DNA of 36,835 bases from Craspedostauros australis (taxonomy: Eukaryota). The first letter of the stretch is position 1, and the number at the start of each line of letters is the position of its first letter. This document shows, one piece after another, positions 10,624 to 21,995 of the stretch. The DNA lies in the NCBI GenBank assembly GCA_030167865.1, contig JALAGF010003060.1, forward strand, positions 1 through 36,835, in the 5' to 3' direction. The translations under genes and the position numbers were made by a program. The notes beneath the pieces were generated by a model. The model was not told the origin of the DNA, ran no database searches, and saw nothing but the letters and a program-made list of their open reading frames with translations.

Positions 10624-11919
10624 CTACGCAAAAGTGCCGTCATCGCCAGGAATGGGCACATCCGATTTGGGCCCCGTCATGGGGAATCCTTCCGGATCGA
10701 ATTCGACGCCTTCCAATCCCCACTGCGACAACTCGGCCGGCAGCAGCGTGCGATCTCGCACCAAGCGGATGAATTCCGGCGCCTGCGTGCTGCCCATGCA
10801 GGCCTTGCCGATCACGATGCCGTCATATCCCACGGCCAGATGTCGTTTCATGCTTTCCGTGTCGTCAATGCCGCCGCCCGCCAGACAGATGATGGGTCCG
10901 CCCGATCCCGGGAACATGCCGGCCAATTGGATGGCCTGCTGGGGATGGTACTCCTGCCGCACGCGGTCGTAGTTGGAGACGAGGACGTTGGGCGCCACGA
11001 TCTCCATGGCCCGTTCCACCTCGTTGCGCGTGTGGCATTCCACGATCGTCTCCAATCCGATGATGGTGGCCAGTTCCATGAATCCTTCGAGCGACGGTCC
11101 CAGCACGGAGGAGATGAGCAGCACGCCGTCGGCACCGGCCTCCTTGGCCAAGCCCAGCTGGATCTCGTCCACCACGATGTCCTTCATGACGACGGCCGCC
11201 GTATCGGAAGCACGGCGCACGGCCTTGACGGCGTTCTTGAATTCCATCATGTCGCCGCCGTAGGCCTGATAATCGACGTTGACCATGACGACGTCGGCGC
11301 CGAGCCGCACCATCGCCTCGGCCACCAACCCGGCATCGTCGAAGCGGCAGAAGATCTCGCCGGGCCGGCTCAAGGATTTGCGCTTGATGTCGACGATGAA
11401 GGAAGCTCGGCGCATGCCCATCTCCGCCATGCCGAGGTCGGCGAGCTTCTCCTTGCGCTGTGTGTCCTTGGCGTCGGGCTTGGCGGCATTGGGGTTGGAG
11501 GGACTGTTGGGGTCCTCGTGGACGCGTCGCAGGGCCTTGGCCAGGCGCATGGGCGAGACGGATTCCTGGGCGTACGACATGGCCATGCGGACGGGGTCGG
11601 TGGTGCTGGTGTGCTGCTGCTTGACAGCGCGCATCTCGTACTCCTTGCGATGGACGGCGCTGTACATGTCCTCCTGAGATCGAGGGGCTGCAGCGAGGCG
11701 CGAAGGTGATGGTGGTGCTTCCATTGTTGCCGTTGCCGTTGCAGTTGTCGGCAATCGTATCCGGTTGCGGGTGGTGGTTGCATGAGGAGGCTGGAAGGCT
11801 TGCAATGGCTGCAACACGCAGCACATGATGCAGACCGCCGTTCCCATCACTAGACAACGCAAAGATCGCTCATGGTTGTCGGTTCGGATCGTGCTCCCAC
11901 GAGTAGTTGTACGCCTCAT
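10624..11919 (-). CDS. trpC: Indole-3-glycerol-phosphate synthase (IGPS/TrpC)-like TIM-barrel protein, probably plastid-targeted, divergent active site
   Basis: Motifs FIVDIKRKSLS, VVMKDIVVDEIQL, GADGVLLISSVL, GLETIVECHT, ICLAGGGI and GYDGIVIGKACM match the IGPS strand order. The track start at 12087 is TTG; the first in-frame ATG is 11919 (alternative 11847). The hydrophobic stretch ending LQPLQA-FQPP followed by a T/R-rich segment resembles a diatom bipartite (ASAFAP-type) plastid presequence. Confidence 0.82.
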   Translation of the reverse strand: MRRTTTRGSTIRTDNHERSLRCLVMGTAVCIMCCVLQPLQAFQPPHATTTRNRIRLPTTATATATMEAPPSPSRLAAAPRSQEDMYSAVHRKEYEMRAVKQQHTSTTDPVRMAMSYAQESVSPMRLAKALRRVHEDPNSPSNPNAAKPDAKDTQRKEKLADLGMAEMGMRRASFIVDIKRKSLSRPGEIFCRFDDAGLVAEAMVRLGADVVMVNVDYQAYGGDMMEFKNAVKAVRRASDTAAVVMKDIVVDEIQLGLAKEAGADGVLLISSVLGPSLEGFMELATIIGLETIVECHTRNEVERAMEIVAPNVLVSNYDRVRQEYHPQQAIQLAGMFPGSGGPIICLAGGGIDDTESMKRHLAVGYDGIVIGKACMGSTQAPEFIRLVRDRTLLPAELSQWGLEGVEFDPEGFPMTGPKSDVPIPGDDGTFA

Positions 11920-12669
11920 TTGGTGCTCTGTGCAATCGCTGTCGACGTCGATGTTTCTGCTGATGGAATGCAATCTTGCGAATGTTGGGAGATGTGAGTG
12001 TGGTTGCTTTGGAGTTGGCTTGAGGAATGGAATGGAATGGTCTCTCTCCTTCTGTTCGTGGAGGGTGGAGTTGGGCACCCTGCGCAATCGATCTTCGTGT
12101 TGGATCTTTGGGAGAGGAAGGATTGGTCGTGATGTGGTTTGTCGAATGATTTGGTTGGTTGGCTGCGGACATGGTTAATGTGCGTGACTCGATGTCACCA
12201 TTGAATCACGCATATATCTGATGTGACGCTAAACACATGGTCAGCTTCCGTTGGCTCGCGCAGGAAATGTCACACCAACAATGACTTGTGTGTTGCACGT
12301 GGTGGGCACTAATTCTGTCGTGCGAAATTGATCAACCCGGTTGTATCTCTGCGCGTCGTTTTTTGATCCCAACCGTCCTTCTTCTCTCACGCTGTTGCGT
12401 GTTGGTTGTCTCTCTGTCTGGGTGTGTCTTCTTGGTTGGTCGGGCAGAACGAAGAAAGCGAAGGGAGAGTGAATCTCACGTCATGCACGCGAGTACTCGT
12501 GGTCGCACCGACGCAAGAGCACTCCATCTGTGCAACAAAGAGAGGCGTGTATCATACGATCCGCAATCGCCTCACTCTTGTGTCCCTGACGCCACCAACA
12601 AGCAAGGAAGCAAGGAAGCAAGGAAGAGACAAGAGGAGAAGAGCAATAGATTGGCGGTTGGAGAACACA

Positions 12670-12697
12670 CATCCATCCATCCATCCATCCATCCATC
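12670..12697. repeat. (CATC)7 microsatellite
   Basis: Read directly; lies in the divergent intergenic region between the IGPS-like and LRR genes. (AAGCAAGG)3 is nearby at ~12600-12623. Confidence 0.95.
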
Positions 12698-13485
12698 CAT
12701 TCAAACCAACATCGTCACAACAACACAGCGCGTTCCGACAGAAGAGCCATTGTCATTGCTCGTGTCCCTTTGGCCTTTTGGTGGTTTTCCAAAGCATTTC
12801 AGCGCGCCAATCATCATTATCACTCGTCTCATCGTCATTTGTTGAGGCGACTGCTCCAATCAATTCACTGATCGATCAATTGGTCCATCAATCCACTCTA
12901 TCTTTGGGCGCCGTTCAATTCCATCCAACAGGAAAGCAACATAGCACAACACAGGCCTCTTCTCTTGGCCATCGGACAGAAGATCAGCATTGAGTTGTAT
13001 TGCATTGCACCAAGAAAGGCAAAACAGCATAACAGCATAACGCACAAGACAAAACGCAAGAAGACTGCCTGAGCCAGAAAGGCAGCAACCAGGAGTCAGC
13101 GACACAAGTGGGAAAGCAAGACACAAGACAAGCAGGGTACCGCCGCGGATAGTCAGGACAGGCAAGAGCAGGCTCCCTCCCCTTTCATCGGCGCACAAGT
13201 CCCATCCGCACGACACGGTTAATGCTCGCAGAGAGGCACAAAGACAGAATCCTCGAAACACGACACAACGCCCGCCAACGCAGCGACAGTCACAGCACGC
13301 ACCAACGCCTGATTGGGGGAAGACATTTTGCCAAAGACCCACAGAACTGGCACCAACAGCAGAAGCAGCAGCAGAAGCGTGGGCAAGTGGCAAAAGAACT
13401 CTCTCGTTGTGTCGGCGAGCCGTCATCGAAGTCACTTGAACTTCGTGCGCACAATTGAGCCCAACCTCAGCCACAGCCTCTCACA

Positions 13486-16400
13486 ATGCGAGCTGACTCA
13501 CAAGGCAATAGCCATACCGACGTTGACATTGACATGGAAGGCAACATGGAAGGCAACATCAGCGATGGCTGCCAGATGGAAATGGCACCCACCAGCAGTA
13601 CCAACAGCGATGATTGTTGCGAAGAGCACGTGGAGCAGTGCGGCTATGCAAACAGAACAGCCACAACACCGACAGCAGCAGCAACAACAGCAGCGACAAC
13701 AGCAGCAACAACGGCAGCGACAGCAGAAGGCCACCGTAGGTCTCCAATGAATCATCGAACTCGAACAAGGCCTCGATGTCGCCCGATGCTGAACAGCCTT
13801 GTTGCACTTGTCATCATTGCAACCGCAAACATTCCATGCGGCCTGTTTGGAAAGCAATCGCCATCCATGCTTGTTGCGGCAGCCCACCTCGACGCTGATG
13901 ACGAGCTCGCCATCCTCAACGAGTTCTACGATGCGATGGAGGGCAATCACTGGAGAATAGACGCTGGCTGGAAGAGCGACACTTCCTTCTGCGATTGGTT
14001 TGGTATCACGTGCGCTGGTGCACAGGGCGGCGCGATCACCAAATCCGTGCAAAAAGTCACGCTCAAGGGCAACAACCTGCACGGTCAAATTCCATCGTCC
14101 TTCTGGACGCTACCATCCCTCATCCAGGCCTCGTTCGGCAACAACGCAATTTCTTCGATCGGCCTTGAGGACATCGATCCCTCCGAATTGACGCCGTCAT
14201 CAGGCACCAAATTCTCACCTCTGCAGGGACTCTACTTGCCGCAGAACCAGCTCTCGAACTTCCAGAACATTGGCGCGTTCGCCCCAACCCTCACGCACAT
14301 TAACTTCGACAAGAATCAGCTCACGCAGCCCTTGCCCGACGATCTCTACGACTGCGTGCACCTGCAGAGCATCTACATTGCCTTCAACAAAGTATCCGGC
14401 AGCCTCTCCTCCAAGATTGGCAAGCTCCGGAATCTCGCCGAATGGTACGGCTTCGAAAATGCCATCACGGGCACGCTGCCCACAGAGCTGGGGGAGCTCG
14501 TTTCCATGCAGATACTGGGTCTGGGCAACAACTTCATCCACGGCACGTTGCCGACCCAGATGGAAGGCATGGTCAACCTCCGAGACATCTCCATCCACCA
14601 TGCCGACCGTGACGAACAGGACAAGATTGATCCCAGCGGCAACATGGCAGGTCTCACGGGACCCTTGCTCTCCTTCGGCAACCTGCCCTACCTGGCGCTC
14701 CTCTTCCTCGACGGCAACGCCTTGACGGGAATCATCCCCAACGACTTCCTGCGTCACAACGAGAACACCAACGAACCCGTCTCCATCGGCCTCGCCAACA
14801 ATCGCCTCTCAGGTGCAGTTCCAAAGGCACTCGAACGATTCGCCTCCTTGAGCATCGACCTGGTCGGGAACAAAATCACCTCCATCCCACCCGAGCTTTG
14901 CGAGATCGGTGGATGGATGGGGGGTCTGGTGGAATCGCACGGCTGCGATGCCATCCTGTGTCCGCTAGGCACCTTCCTGGCAGACGAAGGACGCGTCGTG
15001 CGCAGCAAGAAGGAGTGCGAGGATTGTCCTGGATCACCCTACATGGGTGCCATGATTTGCAATTACACCGATACCGGCGGCGATGACACGGATACTGGTG
15101 GAGGTAACGGTGGTGGTAACGGTGGCGGCACCGCCGAGCCTCCCTCCACGCTGGATTACCTCATGGAATTCTACCGCATCATGCATGGTTCTCAATGGGC
15201 CGACAAGGACGGTTGGGAGATCATCGACACCATCATCAACGACGAATACACGTCGGAGCAGATCGACAACCTCAACCTCGATCCCTGCACTTCCAACTGG
15301 TACGGTCTCGAATGCGACGCCAATGGCGACGTCACGGAGATCTCGTTGCCCAAGAACGACATGTTCGGCACCGTCCCGCAATCCATCTTCGCCTTGCCCA
15401 AGTTGAAGAACCTCGACATCTCCAACAACAACATCTTGCTCAAGAACTTCGAGCCTGCCGCGACGCACAACACACCATTAGAGACCATGGTCCTGACCAA
15501 CATCAAGATGGAATCCCTCGACGGCATTGAGAAGCTGAAGAGCACGTTGAGGCTGCTCTACCTGGACGGATGCAACGTCGAAGGCAACATCCCGGACACA
15601 ATCTTTGAACTCTCCGAGCTGCGGCTGCTGCATTTGCAGCATGCCAAGTTTTCGGGCCAATTTCCGACTCGGATCGGGCAACTCAAGCACCTGGAGTTGC
15701 TCAACGTGTACGGCAACAGCTTCACGGGCAACCTGCCAACGGAGCTGGGCGAGCTGACCAAGCTGCAGACCATCGACTTTTCGGAGAACCAATTCACGGG
15801 CGGCATTCCATCGGACCTGCTCACGGAGTGCACCAACTTGGAATCTATCACAATCCACCAAACCAACACGAACAAGTCGCTCAGCGGCAAGCTGCCGTCC
15901 TTCCACCATATGCTGCAGCTGCGAGAGTTGAACCTGGATAACAACGCATTCACGGGCGATATCCCAACCAACTTCCTGGAGGGCATCCCGGACAAGTCCG
16001 AATCCATATTCATCACGTTGATTGGCAACCAGCTCACGGGCGGCGTGCCACCAATACTCGACGACTTTACCCTCCTGACCATCCGCCTGGAGGGAAATCT
16101 CATCACAGCGCTACCACAAGAGCTTTGCGACAACCTCAAGTGGATGCACGGCGAGATTGAAAAGATGCCCGACACTGCGAACAAGTGCGATGCCATCCTA
16201 TGCCCACCCAAAACATGGGCAGAGAATGGCAAGGCTACCTCCACAACCACATGCCAAACCTGTCTCACCAACGAAGACAAGTTCGGTCAAATATCGTGCG
16301 GTGACACGGTCGGCAATATGGAACGGCAAATCTTGGACAGGCTCTACTTCGCGACGGGCGGTCGGTATTGGAACGTCACGCACGACAACTGGGTCCAACC

Positions 16401-19400
16401 CGGTGTGCCCATCTGCCAACGTGAGGGAGTGTCATGCATCGGGAACGGCGGTGACGAAAATGTCGGCGTCGACGAATTGCGGCTGCTTGATTTCGGACTG
16501 CGTGGTACGATTCCATCGGAGATCTGGCTTCTTCCGAACGTCCGCACCTTAGCATTCACAGGGAATGAGGTCGACATCTCCTTCGTCGGCATGGAGAAGG
16601 CCAGCAATCTGCGCGTCTTCAAATGCTCCAAGTGTCATCTGCGCTCGTTGGACGGATTGCGCAATGCGCCATCGCGGCTGGCTGAGATCCATCTGGCTTA
16701 CAACCAGCTGAACGGGCTCATCCCGGAGGACATCTTCCACCTTTCCAACGCTCGCAAACTCTTCCTGAACAACAACCATTTCGAGGGCATCCTCTCCACC
16801 AGCATCGGCAACCTGACGAAGCTGAAGGAGCTTCACTTGCACAGCAACGAGGTGGCCGGAACTTTGCCAACCACTTTGATGAAGCTGGAGGACCTGACAG
16901 TGCTTGACGTGAGCGACAACATGCTCTCTGGCTTCATTCCGACTGAGCTGCAGGAGTTGTCGTACCTTAACAAGCTGCTCTTGGCGCGACAAGCCAGCAA
17001 GGCAAAGTTCCAGGGCCCTCTGCCGTCATTCCTCCACAGCGAAGAGCTAACCCGCGTTGATGTCAGCGGCAATCGATTGGCGGGAGCATTGCCGCCGAAC
17101 TTTCTGAGGGACGTGGACATTTCGGAAGAGATCCGAGTCGACCTATCATCGAACAGCTTCGAGGGAGCCGTACCCGAACAATGGAGCAGAATTCCCAACT
17201 TGATCTTGGACCTATCGGACAATCGGATCTCAGAACTGCCTCCCAAGCTCTGCGAGCAGGCCTCATGGAACAACGGACAAGTCGGATTGTTCGATCCGGC
17301 TTGCAACGCCATCCTTTGTCCGCCAGGAACATTCAACGTCGCAGGTAGAATGACTGGCCCCACTTCCGGCTGCGAAGCTTGCGACGGTGGCGTTGCTGGT
17401 GCACCCTATTTCGGAGCGGTGGAATGCATCGACCCGCAAATCGTGGAAGAGCTGGAAATCATGCAAAAATTCTACAAGGCCAACAATGGAACCAAGTGGC
17501 TGGTCCAGAACAATTGGGTGTCCGACCTACCAGCCTGCGAGTGGTACGGCGTGCATTGCAACGCCAAGGGCTACATCACCGAAGTCAACCTTGAGACCAA
17601 CCTGATCCAAGGAGACGGACTTGGCGATTCGTCGGCGATCCTGACGCTGAAGCATCTGCAGGTACGTTTGTGTACGAGTCCACCACAGCATGTGCGCCTT
17701 GCTCCATTTGCTTCGCCTCGCCTCGTCTTGCTTTGGTTTGATTTACGTTGCAATCTTTTCTTCTGTTGGTCTTCTCGATGGCAAATGACCGATGTGTTTG
17801 CCACGGAGATGGTACGCTGTGTTACTGTTCGTGCTGAAAACGAGTCGGAGTGTGTGGAGGCACATACTCGGTTGCTCCACTTTGCTCTGCCATTCGCCAT
17901 CGCATCTCTCACCAACGCACGTGAATCACTCTTTGTCAAACCGAATGATCATGATCATCATCGGCATCATAAACTATCATTTCCCTCAACGATGACAGGT
18001 GCTGGATCTCAAGGGAAATCCCATCCAGTTGGACCTCAGCCGTATCGTGCCAGACAACAAGTTGGAGTTCTTGCGCCTCTCAGGCACGGGAATGAAGACA
18101 CTGACCGGCGTCTCGCGTGCCAGCAATCTCAAGGCGCTTCACATGACCAACAATAACCTGCAGACACTGCCCAGCGAGATTTTCGAACTCAGCAAACTGG
18201 AGGCATTCTTCGTTTCGTTCAATGCCATCGAAGGACCAATCTCGCCTCGGTTCGGCGAGATGACAAATCTTCGCCAGCTGTACGGATTCGGAAATCTCTT
18301 CACCGGCGTCATCCCGACGGCGTTGACCGGGCTCTCAGAGCTGGTCGAGTTCGTGTTCGCCAAAAATTTGCTCAGTGGTGAGATTCCGCACGAGTTTGGC
18401 TCCATGCAGAAGCTTCAACAATTCTCGATCTACGATCAGGAGGGATACGAGCTCATCACCGGCCCTCTCCCCAGCTTTTCCAACGCTCCAGATTTGTGGT
18501 ACTTGGATATTTCGGACAACGATCTGACAGGCCCCATCCCTGACGACTTCCTCCTGAGTTCCGTCTTTCAGAAAGACAAGATCAGCGTGTACCTGAACAA
18601 CAACGAGCTGACGGGGACAATCCCCCCCAGTCTGATCAAATTCGACGAAATCGATCTCAACCTCTCGGGTAACAGGATCGAGAAGATTCCACCGGAGCTC
18701 TGCGCTCTTGATGCTTGGATGAACGGAAATGTTGATAAGGTCGGTACCTGCAACGCCATTCTGTGCCCGCAAGGAACCTTCAACTCCGAGGGATTCGAAA
18801 CGCCCGGCAGCCCTTGCGTCCCCTGCGTCCATCTGCAAGACGTGCCGTACCTCGGGCAGAATCATTGCGAGAACTTTTCGTCGGAGGGCACCACGTTGGA
18901 TCTTTTGTACGACGCCACTGGCGGAGAGTTTTGGTCACGCAACGAAGGCTGGAAATCCGACGAGCCCATCTGCAGCTGGGAGGACGTATTTTGTGAGGAG
19001 GGTGACAAGCAGGATACATCTGGCATCACGACCATCACCATATCCAAGAATGGACTGGTGGGGACGTTGCCAAGCGAGATCTGGACGCTTCCCACCCTTC
19101 GCACGCTTAGCCTGAAGGGGAATCCGCAGCTTGTGGTCGACTTCGAAGGCATTGAGAAGGCGAAGAATTTGGAAACCCTGTACCTTTCGGAGGTGAGCCT
19201 GCAGTCCGTGGAAGGCATCTCGAAGGCGACGAACTTGAAGGTGTTGCACCTGACAGGCAACGATCTGAACGGCCCGTTCCCAGAGGAGCTGCTGAAGCTT
19301 TCCAACAGCCTCGAGAGTCTGTACCTCGCTTTCAATCTCTTCAACGGACCGATCCCCACCCGCATCGGCGAGATGAGCAAGCTGCAGGCATTCTACGCCT

Positions 19401-20992
19401 ACAACAACGACTTCATCAGCACCATTCCCACGGAGATCGGCAGGCTGTCCAACCTTGAGGAACTTGTGCTAGCGGAGAATATCATCTACGGTGAAATTCC
19501 GACAGAATTGTCCTCCATGCCGAATCTGGAGGTCCTGTCCGTATACCGCTCAAGCAAGTCAGGGCCGCGCTTGACAGGCAGCCTTCCACCCTTGGATCGG
19601 TTGCCCAAGCTGACGCACGCGTTGCTGCATGGCAACGAACTTCGCGGAAGGCTCCCCGACAACTTCCTGGCTGGTTCGCTGTCCGTCGAGGAGGTTCATC
19701 TGCAATCCAACATGCTGACGGGACCAATCCCTCCCATCCTCGACAACGTCCCGTCGCTCTACCTCAACCTCCACGACAACAGGTTCCTCACATTGCCCGA
19801 CGAGTACTGCACGAAATACGATTGGATGGATGGCGCCGTCGGCGACTTCGGCTGTCGCGCCATTCTGTGTCCGCCCGGCGCCGCGAGCGCACTTGGTAAG
19901 TCTGTCAATGACACTCTGGTTTGCCAGAACTGCACCGATCCAAGCCTCGTTCCCTTCTTCGGAAGCACATCGTGCACAGGGCCGCCGGACACCAGATCCA
20001 TCCTCGAGGGTTTCTACCACGATATGAACGGCGATAAGTGGCTGCGATCCGACTTTTGGAAGAGCAACGTGGGCGTTTGCGATTGGTACGGCGTGGCCTG
20101 CATCAACGGTGACGTCGTTTCGATCAACCTCGCCTCGAACAACTTGAAGGGCCTTCCATCTCCCGAGCTGTTCGATCTGCCACAGCTGAAGATTCTGTGG
20201 TTGAACTCCAATCCAATCACCTTCAGTTTTGAGAACATCGGAAGCGCGAGGAAGCTTGAAGACATCCGCTTGGACAACACGCAGCTGCACTCGATGCACG
20301 GCATCGGGGCTGGTGAGTCGCTTGTCAACATCGACGTCAGCTTCACCTCCATCCGTGGCAGCTTCCCGAACGAGCTTCTCGGTCTGACGAATCTACGCAC
20401 GTTGGCCATGCGCAACAACGCTCTGTCAGGATCATTGCCAGCCGATATGTCTGATCTTCGGTACCTGATATCCATGTCGTTGGACTCGAACAAGCTGACA
20501 GGCACCCTGCCTGCCTTCGACAATCTGCACTTCCTAAGAGAGATCCGTCTGCACAACAACCTGCTGACGGGTGACATTTCCAAGAGGTTCTTGCACAAAT
20601 TGAATCACGGGGATTCGATCGTCGCCAACCTCGCCAGCAACCGGCTGACCGGCGTCATCCCAGAGGAACTCGCACGCTTCGACAACCTGTCGCTGTACCT
20701 TCGCGACAACAAGATTCTGGGCATCCCGCTGAGCGTCTGCGAGAAGAGCCAATGGCTGGGCGGATCCGTCGGACAGGTCGGCTGCGATGCCATCCTGTGC
20801 CCGCCAGGCAGGGGGAATCAGTACGGCCGCGAAACTGACAACGTGGCGTGCGGGAAGTGCTCCTCCGCGCGGTACTACGGGTCGACGGACTGCTACTTCG
20901 ACGCATCCGCCGCACCAGCAGGACTGTCAGCCCGATTCGGAATGGCTCTGGGGTGTGTGGTTTCCATGCTGATGATCTGCGCTTTCGCTTAG
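13486..20992 (+). CDS. Giant secreted, probably GPI-anchored leucine-rich-repeat protein with six tandem cap-LRR-Cys modules; exons 13486-17661 and 17999-20992 (up to 2389 aa; true start may be ATG 13747 or 13786)
   Basis: Plant-type LRR consensus (LxxLxLxxNxLxGxIPxxxGxL) occurs throughout. There are six N-caps (FY..xxG..W.....W.....C.W.G..C) and six C-caps (C.AILCP.G......G......C..C). A signal-peptide-like MLNSLVALVIIATANI lies near the start. The C-terminus has small residues then a hydrophobic tail (DASAAPAGLSARFGMALGCVVSMLMICAFA*), with no cytosolic domain. One GT-AG intron joins the two track ORFs in frame. Confidence 0.92.
17662..17998 (+). other. LRR gene intron (337 bp, phase 0)
   Basis: CTG CAG|GTACGT ... 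GACAG|GTG CTG GAT CTC AAG restores the LRR unit LKHLQ|VLDLKGN. Confidence 0.92.
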
Positions 20993-21995
20993 ATCTACAG
21001 TGCATTGCATGCCTACGGGTATCCATGGAAAGGTCGCCGTCATGGGATTGCCTGCGATTTGTCCAGGATCGAGACGAGGATTCCACAAGTGCGAGTACGT
21101 ACGAACGACATGAGGATCAATCATACGTATCCTCTTTGAGTGTGTAGATTAGGACGCGGCAAGCACCCATCGTGTAAGGTGCAATTAGTGCCCACATTTT
21201 GAAATCCACTCGCGCCTCTTACGAAAAGTAGTACCAGCGCGCACTCACTTCAGCCTGAGGGTACACGCATAATCTATAAAGCAACAGCATTGCACATATA
21301 CGCATGACTCGCAGAGTGCTCCGATGAAAATGTGTGCGCTCCGGAGAGAGATCTGCTGATTGACGATGATGCTGGTTTGCTTTGATGCCAATGGCGGAGA
21401 GTTGCGCTGTGGGTGAAGATCGTCCAGCACGAGGAGCCGCACGCACACGACCAAACGGAATGTAACCATAACAGACCTGTGACTGAAACTTATACGGGTT
21501 TAAAATGACTTCAATTTTGGAATTTCGTCGAACTCCTCTCGATTTGACAAAGCGCAACAAGAAGAACACCAACAGCACGAACAAAACCTGCGTGGCATCG
21601 GTTCCGCGACTGTTGGTGGCAAGTGGTTGCGTTGGGCGTTGACGATCATTGATTGCGAAAACCTGAGGAAGCGCATCGGTGACGAGGCCTTGGTGTGGAG
21701 TCTGTTGGTTGTAAGACGAAGAAGAACGACAAGAAGAAGGAGACGGCACCAGGACAGAGAACGGAGCAACGGCAGTCGCAGAGAGCGACAAGGAGATAAA
21801 GATAGATTGTCGTAGAGTAGAGTAGGGCAGAGTAGAGGAGGGCAGAGTGGAGAGGAGAGCAGAGTAGATTCTCCACAGACTCTATTGAAGAGTGCAGCAT
21901 TGCCACTCAGCAAGATATTAAACGAGTGAATCGGATTGGGAGGAGGATATCATCCATCCATCAAAGCAGCAGCAGCAGCAGCAAGGATTGTCACG

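Noticed and set aside
10396-11857. Long overlapping ORFs 10396-11709 (+) and 10865-11857 (-)
   Set aside because: Shadow frames of the GC3-rich IGPS-like gene; H/G/R-rich translations with no motifs.
12288-13474. ORFs 12288-12845, 12406-12993 (+) and 12860-13474 (-)
   Set aside because: Low-complexity, SSR-containing promoter or UTR DNA with no protein-like features.
13486-20992. LRR receptor kinase
   Set aside because: No kinase domain or cytosolic tail; the protein ends in a GPI-like hydrophobic signal.
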